A stretch of 64,000 nucleotides of DNA from Octopus sinensis (taxonomy: Eukaryota), in contig NC_043012.1 of the NCBI RefSeq assembly GCF_006345805.1, positions 34,224,001 through 34,288,000 of the forward strand. The letters run 5' to 3'. Below, piece after piece: positions 13,283-24,300 of this stretch. Position numbers and translations under genes: made by a program. The notes beneath the pieces are model-generated. The model had not been told where the DNA came from. It did not search any database and saw only the letters and a program-made list of their open reading frames with translations. Positions within the stretch are counted from its first letter, which is position 1. Each line of letters opens with the position of its first letter.

Positions 13283-13391
13283 ATTTCTATTGAATTGCCT
13301 GGAAGATTTGGATGATTCATTACGGAAATTAAATTCCCGTTTGTTTGTAATCCGTGGACAACCTGCTAATATGTTTCCTCAGCTATTTAAA
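13283..13391 (+). CDS. cry2: Cryptochrome exon (109 bp; equivalent to vertebrate coding exon 2)
   Basis: ttttccag|ATTT...TTTAAA|gtaagt; [36 protein letters not shown]. Confidence 0.96.
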
Positions 13392-16300
13392 GTAAGTTTA
13401 TTTTGAAATCTAAATGGCCCATGTTGCCCATTTCAGGTAAAATTCCTAAATGATCTACACAAAATTTTAACAAACTGAAAGCCATGTAAATTATTGCACC
13501 AATATTTTACCTGAAAATAAAATCTCTTAGACATTAACCTTTTCATTACTGTATTTATTTTGAGATGCTCTGTGTTTCTTTCAATTACTTTAAATATAAC
13601 AAAGAACTTAGTAAAATAACTTAGTTATCATTAAGCTAGTGTTGGGAACATAAATTGTGACTAAGGTTTGGTGGAAGATTTTAATTCAAAACTTATGAAA
13701 ACAAGACATTTTACCACAGAGCCAGAGCTGGTTTCAGCCGGGTTGGTAGTGAAAGGGTTAAATGTTTGATTTTTTAAAGGAATAAAGAATACGTTTCCCT
13801 GTCAGTGATGTTAGAAAAAATAAAGATCAAACATCTAAACGGGAAAGTAACACTACAAGTCACATTCTGTGATGATTTTGTATTTTTTCCTGCTGTTGGG
13901 TGAAATGTAATTACAAAAAATAAACCACTTCTCCCTATCTTAAATTATACCAAACCATCTGCAGCAGAACTAACTTCTGAACAGTTAGTTTCAACATTTT
14001 ATATTTTTGATGGCCATTAGTAAAGAAGTTGAAGTGAAATGCCTACAACTGGATTCAAAGCTTAGGCTCTATGATCATATTTGATTAAAGCATAACTTTT
14101 ACACTGTGATATTTACTCTTGACTAGCAAATATTTTAGAATAAAGTAAATACTGAAATTATGAATTGTTCTGTTTTTTTAAAAATTGGTGCAACATCTTT
14201 GTTTTAGAGAAAATAGGAAATATTACAAGCTGTGTTCTTATTGAATTTTTGAAGAGCATTAACAGCCCGAGGGAAGTTAAATTAGGTTAGAGTCACAGCT
14301 TAGTTCTTGCTGTTCACCAATAAATTGTGCTATAAATTATTAATAGATAAAAAAAATACAAAACAGGAAAAAAATAAGCAATAAGATAATAATCATATTT
14401 TTGCTATTTTTTCATTTTTATTCTGGTCAAAGTTTACTTATTGTCATTTTTATCTTGTTTCAAAGTTTATTGTATCACAGCAGACTTAAATCTCTTTTTT
14501 GTTTCTTGGTTTCATGGCATTGTTTTATTCTGAAGCTTTTGTAACAAGGAATTAACACAACATAAGGGACCTTGGCAATAAGGATGTTGAGTAACATTTG
14601 GCTTTTAGATTTAAAGTTTTGTGACTCTACATTCTGTACCTGTGCCGGTGGCAAATTGTAGTTGTGATACCTGTGCTGGTGGCATGTAAAAAACACCATC
14701 TGAACGTGGCCGATGCCAGTGCCGCCTTGACTGGCTTCTGTGCCAGTGGCATGTAAAAAGCACCAACCAATCGTGGCTGCTGCCAGCCTCCCCTGGCACC
14801 TAGTGAGGCCAGATATTACAGATGAGTGGGAGTTTGCTGTACTGCAAACCCATCAAACTCATCGTGGCATCGAATGACAGACATTGAAACAGTGTTACTG
14901 TAGGTGGCAGGTGTGGTAATTATGCAGCCACCACCCTCATCATCATCTTGAGGGTGTTGATAGGCTATTGGAAAACTGTCTGATTGATTAGTGATTTAAA
15001 TCCTGTTACCAACACTGAATTTTCCTGGAGCAAAGGCTTTAAAATTTTCAACAAGCTCAGTCCACCTGTCTCAATAGGTATTATAGGTAGGACAATCTCA
15101 TTTGCTATAAGCAGTAATGCAATTAATGTTGAATTCAACAGATTATGAACTGTATATTACTTTGAGAAGCTATGAAAAGTTGACTTGCCTAAGACATACA
15201 TGAATATGTCTTCAATGAAAGGCTTTCTAAGAATAATCTACTCTATCCATGATGTTAAATATTTTCTTTCTGGTGTCTCCCTATAATTCTAGGAGTCATG
15301 GAAAAGGAGGGACGGTAAAATTGAGGGAATGAATTACACTTTGAGGATTTAGAGATTAGCAGTCGTTTTGTTTTGTAAAGCAATCAGCTGGAGTGATATT
15401 TCAGAAATAGGATTAGCTGCAGGCAGTGATTATCTGTTTCTATTTTCTCTGGTGGGATTAGCTTATCTCTGTTGTGGATAAAAATAGAAACAACTCCTGC
15501 AACTGCGTTGGTGATTGGAGACTGACATGTCGGCTTAATTAGTGGAGACTGACATTGAATCTTGACTGGAAGATGATGTTGGTGGATGCCAAACTTGTAA
15601 AGCTGCTGACATGTATAAAAATTGAGAAATATAAAGAGTAGGACAGCCTTATGTGAGATTGAAACTTAGATACAAAAGCATTCTCAAAATGTCCTTTGTT
15701 ATTAGACTGCCAGAATTAGTATTTTATTTGAAAACAAATTATTGGATCTTGCATTTATTGATTTAATATAATTTACATCATAAAATCCGTGATATGGTAT
15801 GGAAAGGCAATGAAAAAAAAGTTCCCCTGCTCAAAAAGTCCAAATACCATTTGTATGGAGTTTAAAGCTTATTTTTAATTATTACAATTGTGATCCGTTC
15901 ACTCAAGATGGTGATGGGAATTGACATCAACCAAAATTTGTGTGTGTACTTTATACATGCTGGAAGAGTGTATATAGATACTCTTGTTGAACTGAGTTTG
16001 TGACCTTGTTTTGATTCTGAGTTGTTAAAAATGCTAGATTAAGGTATTAGTTTAGGGGCTGTAGCCCAGGGATTATGTGAAAAGTTATTTTGAAAATATC
16101 ACTGTGGGTCATAGCTGTACATGTAACCCAAAGTCCTCCTAGTACACAATACAAAACCCAATAAAGTGCATAGTGCCAAAACACCCTACAGAATGTGATA
16201 TTCAATAAAATATAAACAAATTCTAAAAACTTATTCTTTCTGTGTTGCCCAGTACCCAAATCATTTACAATCTGGCATTGGTCTGCAACCTGATGTTTAG

Positions 16301-18301
16301 AAACCCCTGCCCTGCTAGCCCCTTGGTATGTATAGTTCAAGGACCTCATTGTACATGTAGTCCAGTGTCTTCACAGTACCTCTAGCAATGGGCCTTGCAG
16401 TACTGGTAGACCTGCATCACCATAGCATGTGTAGCCCAGGGATTATCAAAATCTTGGCTCTGGTTGGTGCAGTTGTATTGTATGTCATTTACCATCTTTG
16501 AGAAAAAGCCATTAAATCTTTCACATTTTTCAGGATTTGGAGTAATACCCGTTAACATTTTCTTCTCTTTTCTTTTTAAGGAATGGAATATCAACACACT
16601 ATCGTTTGAAGATGATCCTGAGCCATTTGGAAAAGACCGTGATAATGCCATCTGTACGTTAGCGAGAGAGGCTGGTGTTGAGGTGATCATTAGAACCTGC
16701 CACACATTATATGAATCTCAAAAGTTAGTACCATTCACATTTATTCATGTTTTTTTTCAGTCTTCCTTAAAATACGAACCCCAGTGTAATATGCTTCTGT
16801 GTGTATATGTAAATATAAACATATACATACCTATATACAGTTGTTCTTTTTACATTTATTTTTCCATGCCAACATGGTTTAGACTTATACATACTGCTGA
16901 AGCATTGTTCAAAGATCTGGCCCTAATTAATCAGACCTATGTTGAAAGCCATTTTATTTAATTTAATTTTAAATTAATTTAACTTTGTTCTTTTTTTCTC
17001 TCTCAGGATCCTCGATTTAAATGGAGGTCGACCACCTTTAACATACAACAAATTTCAGAAAATTCTAGAAAATATGAAAATGCCACCAAAACCATTAGAT
17101 ATTATTACTGCCAATGATTGGGGAAATTGTCAAACACCTCTTTCAAGTGATCATGATGACAAATATGGAGTTCCAACATTAGAAGATCTTGGTTAGTTTT
17201 TTTCAAGTTTTTGATTATTTTATTTATAATTAACTTTCTTTCCCAATTTCATAGTATGTTTTAAATACATAGATTCATGTTAAAATGATTAAAAAAAACC
17301 AACTTTAAAGCTTGTTAGATTGCTTTAATTTGATTTGAAGGATATCTACAATGAAGTCGATGTTGCTATTGATTAGATGAATTATTCTTGGTTGCATTTA
17401 AAAAAAAAATGCTATTCAACTTTCCCAGATATGTGGGCATAGAGGTTTAACACTTACTGAGCACTTTCTATGTATTTATGGAATGGAAACCAGCTTTCTT
17501 CTTATATAAAGTTTTATATTTATTTCTTGCAGGGTTTGACACAGAAGGCCTTGATTTGGCACATTTTCATGGTGGAGAATCAGAAGCATTAGCAAGACTA
17601 GACAGACATTTAGAACGCAAGGTAAGTCAACATATTTTACTTGTTTAGAATCATTATGTTAGTATTGTTGCTATAGGAATCGTTACTTTAGTGTTATTAC
17701 TAGAATCGTTAGTGTTGTTATTATAATCATTACTACAGTATTATTACTAAAATCATTACTATAATATTATCATTAATAAATCATTACTTTAATATTACGG
17801 AGATGTACTTGCATAGCAAGTAACTTGATCTGAGATCGTGTGCTGGAACGAAAACAATTACAGCGTAGAAGGTGTTTATAAGCCATTTAAGAAACACACA
17901 AAAACAGTTATATATATATATATATATATTTGATGTTTTATGAGTACAGACATATTTAATGATATATTATTTAAAATTCTCTTAATGATGATATTTTAGG
18001 GTTAATGTTTAATTTTTATTTGTTAATTTTATATTTTTCTTTTACAGGCATGGGTTGCTAGTTTTGAAAAACCCAAAATGACACCTCAATCTATGTTTCC
18101 CAGTCACACAGCTTTAAGTCCTTATTTACGATTTAGTTGTCTATCTCCACGGTTATTTTATTGGAAACTCACAGAACTCTACAGAAAAGTGAGTTGGTTT
18201 TTTTTTCTTATTGAGTTCTTTTGCTGCACTGATTTAAAGACTTCCTTATTGCAAATAATTTTACAGAAAACCCATGGTTATATACATAATATATCAAATA
18301 C

Positions 18302-18332
<31 letters not shown>

Positions 18333-21300
18333 AATGAACTTATTGTATACAATGCTCAGGTGTATTACGACATAGATAAAGTAGCCAAATGGGCATAAAC
18401 AGTACATAGAATAATGCACAGAAAGTGAGTCATTTAAGGAAAAAATTTTTAAAAAAGGGCATGGGGACATCAGGTGAATTTTGGTAAGTGTGGGACTTTT
18501 GAAAGATGTAGTGTCTTGACAGCTAACAACTGATGTGGGCTGGTTTATTCCATGTTTTTGCAATACTGAGTGTGAAAAAATGTTTCTGAAAGTCATGGGT
18601 GCTGTGTTGTTTTTTTGATTTTGTAAGCATGTCCATGAATGTTTGATAAATAGAATTCAAAAGGTCCCACAGTTGTTGTTGGAAAGATATTAGCATTGAA
18701 TATATGTACATGAATGTAAAAGTTAACAAAGAATTTTTTTTTTTGGAAGAAGTACATGACTACTGTATGTATATCGTGACTAATATATGTCTATCATGCA
18801 GTGAGTGGATTTGGTAGATGGAAACTGAAAGAAGCCTGTCGTGTATATCTATATATGTGTGTGTGTGTTTGTCCCCCCAGCATTGCTTGACAACCGATGC
18901 TGGTGTGTTTACGTCCCCGTTACTTAGCTGTTCGGCAAAAGAGACCAATAGAATAAGTACTAGGCTTACAAAGAATAAGTCCTGGGGTCGATTAGCTCAA
19001 CTAAAGGCGGTGCTCCAGCATGACTGCAGTCAAATGACTGAAACAAGTAAAATAAAATAGTAGTTTCAGAGTCTCTTGAAAGTTGTTAGACATAGTATTC
19101 TGATGTGTTTCATGTGGAAATATGATGACCTGAATACATTCTAAGTGTTTGTATGTGTTTGCTGGATGTGAAAGATTAAATTTTCTAGGAGTGTTATGGT
19201 GAAATTTAAATGAAATGTGAGGAAGGTGAAATGTAATCATATTTACCAATAAAAATGAATGTTTTTGTTATCATAATTTATGTAACATTTGTTGATTATT
19301 CCTGTATTCTATTCTTAGATCAAAAAGAAAAATATACCACCTCTTTCACTTCATGGTCAACTTCTCTGGAGAGAATTCTTCTATACAGTTGCCTCAAACA
19401 ATCCTAGATTTGATCAGATGCTGGGAAATCCAGTCTGTGTACAGATTCCTTGGGACACAAATCAAGAAGCATTAGCCAAATGGGCAGAGGTGAGGGTTTG
19501 TCAACCATTTTTTATATCGCATATATAGAAGCAGCTTATCCGTTTTGCATTTTACAGTTGTAACAGAGATTGGGTGTATTAACACTTTTCTTGAATTTTT
19601 ACCAGGGTATGACAGGTTTTCCTTGGATTGATGCCATCATGAAACAGTTACGGAAAGAAGGCTGGATTCATCATTTAGCTCGACACTCGGTTGCTTGTTT
19701 CCTAACTCGCGGAGATCTTTGGTTATCATGGGAAGAAGGCATGAAAGTAAGAAACTGCTTTTGTTTTTCTTAAAGATGCATTTGTTTGTTAATTGTCTTA
19801 AATGTAATTGTTATAAAGTGGGTTCCTTCCACTGGGGTGGTGTGTAATTGCTGTGGTACGGTAGTTGCTGTTTTACACTAGTAGCCACAATAGTCACTAG
19901 TCATCAGATACTGTTGTATCTCTTTGTACCAGAATAGTAATACACTAACTTCTTTTCCTTACTATTGCTGATAGCTCCACAAGACACCAACTAGAACTGT
20001 TGACTCCCTACTCTTCGACTCTTGACTCCCCCTTGACGACCGGCTACTAGTCTATTTATAATGGCTGTGTCTGGCCGCCTTTTACTGGGAGGGATATACA
20101 GTTTCACTGTACAACAGTAATATATATTGTATTTCTGTTAAATATAAAATATTTATATTCTTGATTGTTTTATGTTGCTAAGCACATTATTGTTTGTACT
20201 GTGCTGCTTTTGCTAGTGACATGTACCAAAGTTAAAGATTTAAATTCACTCTTGTGAAATGTGACTGGCAACAATGATTAACATGTTTCTGTCTTATGAC
20301 AGCCTCATCATCATTGTTTAACGTCTGCTTTCCATGCTAGTATGGGTTGGACAAATGACTGTGGGCTGGCGAACCAGATGGCTGCACCAGACTCCAGTCT
20401 TGATCTGGCAGAGTTTCTACAGCTGGATGCCCTTCCTAATGCCAACCACTCTGAGAGTGTAGTGGATGCTTTTACGTGCCACCGGCATGGGGGCCAGTCA
20501 GGCGGTACTGGCAATGACCTTGCTCGAATCTTTTTACACATGCCACCAGCACAGATGCCAGTAAGGCGATGCTGGTAACGACCATGGCTACTGAAATGAG
20601 TTGAAATAGCAGATTCAGTTGGCTTATGTTTGGTCAGTTACCTGCAAGTCATCAGTGAAGACAGCTGCTCTGAGACACAGACAGCAGTTCTCCCATATTT
20701 TTCAAATGTTGGTTTTCTTGAATAACCTAATCTTTAACTTTTGATGTTACAAATGTTTATATATATTTAAGATTTATTGTAATTTTTTTCTTTTTTTTGC
20801 CTGATCTTCTTTATTTTAGGTATTTGATGAACTCCTGCTTGATGCTGACTGGAGTGTCAATGCTGGAATGTGGATGTGGCTGTCTTGTAGTTCCTTCTTT
20901 CAACAGTTTTTCCATTGCTATTGTCCTGTTGGATTCGGCAAAAGAATAGATCCAAATGGTGATTTCATCAGGTAAATAATCAGAAAAATTAAGATATTTC
21001 TCATAACCGAGTGACTGAATAAAAGATGGTGTCATCCAGTGTGATAAAAATTTCTAACATACGTAAGAGTGTGTGTGTGTGTGTGCGCATTCATATACAT
21101 CATCATCCTCATCATCGTTTAACGTCTGTTTTCCATTCTGGTATGGGTTGGACGGTACTTGCATATACATATACTGTTCATATACTCAAAAATTTAAACC
21201 ATAAAGTTATTGTGTTGCAGTTGTACTCAGTTTGGCTGGCTGACAAAATGGACTCCCTTCTTATTTAACTAATCAGATATAAGAAACAAGTCTGGGGAGG

Positions 21301-24300
21301 CATACAAATGTTACTGACTTCTACCCTTTTTATGTTGACAACTAAATGTATGATATAAAAAAAGAGGTGCTGGATGGTTGTGTGGATAAGAGATCACTTC
21401 ATCATCATCATCATCATTGTCGTTGTTTAACGTCCGTTTTCCATGCTAGCATGGGTTGGACGAATGACTGAGGGCTGGCGAACCAGATGGCTGCACCAGG
21501 CTTCAGTCTTGATAACTATGAAATTTCGAATTCTATCTCACATGACACTTTGGGCAATTGTCTTCTGCTGTAGTCTTAGACTCACCGATGTCTTCCGAGT
21601 GGAATTGGTGGACAGATTGTATGGAAGCTCATTGTGTATGTTTATGTACCCGTCTCACCTGAAACCGTTTGAACAAAAGCAGTGTTGTTTTGTTTACTAT
21701 CCCTGCGATCGAATCATTCTGCAGCTTTGCACTTTCAAAGAAACATGGAATAAAAAAAAATCCCTTACTTGAAAAATAGGTAAAGGGTTAGTTTGTTGGG
21801 ATTGTCCAACCTATGCTTTTACAGAAAAAAACATGTCATACAGATTGAACAAGTGCGTATGTTTGAGTACGAATATTATAAAATAGTTCAAGGGAGATAA
21901 TTGTAGGAAAACTTAAGTTTGGAAATGTATTCCTGTTTTAAACGTTATGTAGACGTTGGTGAAGGAACGAAACGGTGAAATATTTTGTTCTGAACCCTAT
22001 AAAACATTAATTATAGTATGATTATTTTATGTTATAAATGAAGGGTTTTTTTTTCCTTATCTTTTAAATCACTTCAATGCGTTCTTCATTGAAGATCAGA
22101 TCACTCTCAGTAATTAATATTTAATTATGTACTTTCGCAATAAAATACATCTTTGTGTTTGTTTCTTTTATTTTCAGACACTACTTACCTATTTTGAAAC
22201 GTTTCCCAGCAAAATACATCTACGAACCTTGGAATGCTCCTGAAAGTGTTCAGAAGACTGCTAAATGTATTGTTGGAAAAGACTATCCTATACCAATGGT
22301 GACTCATTCTGAAGTAAGTCGGATAAATATGGAGCGAATGCGTCAAGTATACCACAGACTAACAATGAGAACGCCAGGTTGGTAGCAAATCTTGATTAAT
22401 TTTTAAGTTCATCATCGTCATCATCATCATCATCATCATTATTATTACTGTTGTTGTAAATTTTATTTTTATTAAATTCTCATCTCTTTTTTCTTTTTTT
22501 TGTAGCAGTAATCTCAAAACCAATCCACTCCAGAGAAAATTTAACTTATTCCAAAAGTGAGTATATTGAGAACATTTTCTCAGACTTTATCATTCACTGA
22601 CATAATCACCAGAGAAATAAATTCTTAGAGAATCACATCATTCTCTGGAAACACCAGAAATGCCACAAATTTCTTTTCCCCGTTTTTTCCAAAAAATCTC
22701 AAGATTGAGGCTTCTTTCAGCAATCAATCATTTTAAGAACTTTGGTGTTGTATTTTCATTTTAGACATTTTTATATAACAATATTTATTATCTAAACTTT
22801 GTTTATTAAAAAATGTGAAGGACATAGTTAATAAATAAAAAAAAAATGTAGGTGAAATGATTTGGTTGGGTGATGGGTAATGATGGATCAAACCCTGTGA
22901 GCCTTACTAGAAACCTTAAAGCATAGGAGCTTCTTAAAACCAAACAATTTGATGTCATGGATGAATAATGAGCATTAAATAAAACTATACTACACTTTAT
23001 AATGAATTTATGGTATGTTGGGTAAGAGAATGTTCCTGTGGGGTTATCTAACCTGAGATTTGGAAATATATTGATTTTAGTATTTAAAATATAAAAATTG
23101 AGGGCCACCTTTAATATACCTTACAGGTTAATAAATCCTTTGAATCTTTTTGGTAATGTTCACTACTGTAAATAACAATTGTAATGTTCTACTTGCTTTG
23201 TTTTCATTCATACTATGTATACATATGAAAGTTGTATTTAATATAAATATATATATATGGGCCCCTTCATCCCACCATATAAAAGAATTTTGATTTAATT
23301 TCATACTTACTACTTATATCTCGGCTACACGTGTTTCTCGAGATATAAGTAGTAAGTATGAAATTAAATTAAAATTCTTTTATATGGTGGGATGAAGGGG
23401 GCCTACTATCTCTAAATGAAAAAATATATATTTCCTCATTGAGAATAATCTGAACCCTTGTTATGCCGGAATTTTTATTCCCTAACAAATAAAATTGAAT
23501 AAATATGAAACTAGATAAAATATATATAAAAAAAATATATATATATATGTCTGCACACTTGAAATATGGAGGAAAATTCTAAAGTAAATCAAAATGTGCA
23601 ATTTATTAATGAGAAATATTAAGCATTATATTAGGTTGCTAAAATTGTTAAAAATGTTATTCTTATTTTTACCCATGTTCTAAAATTAACTCAATTTTTG
23701 TTTTAAAGTTCATCATAACTATCCAATGGTACAACATAATGTGCATTCAAGACCTGTTCTTTTAAGTCAAAATTGAAAATACTGGAAAATATAAACTATA
23801 CACAACACCTTAAAAAAAAAATAAAATTCAATATTCTGCAACTGAAAAAAATCAATTAAAAAAAATTTTTAACCCAAAATAAAAAATGGTAAGAATTGAG
23901 CTTTTAGATAATTTTGTTTCTTATTACTCTCTCCATCTAATTAATGGCAACGGCACTGCTCTGCTACTCTTCACTATTTCACTCTCTCTACAAGTTGAGC
24001 ACCGCATTGTTGAATGTAAACTTGTAATCTGTAGCATATTTCTGAGGGTTGGTCTTTTCTAACACAACTCTGTCGTTAGAATTAATTAGAAACCCCAAAA
24101 TGCTTTTGCACAAATTTAATTCTAGCATGCCATTCTCTCTAAGAAGATATTAGAAATTCAGAAATTGTCAGCTTAGTATCCCTGCTATTTGTTCATTTTG
24201 CCTTTGTATTAAACCTTTTAGCTTTATTAATCCTAAATTCCCTTAATTTGCTTAGTTTCTTAACCCGTTAGTGAATAGAAATGATTATGGAAGGATGTGG

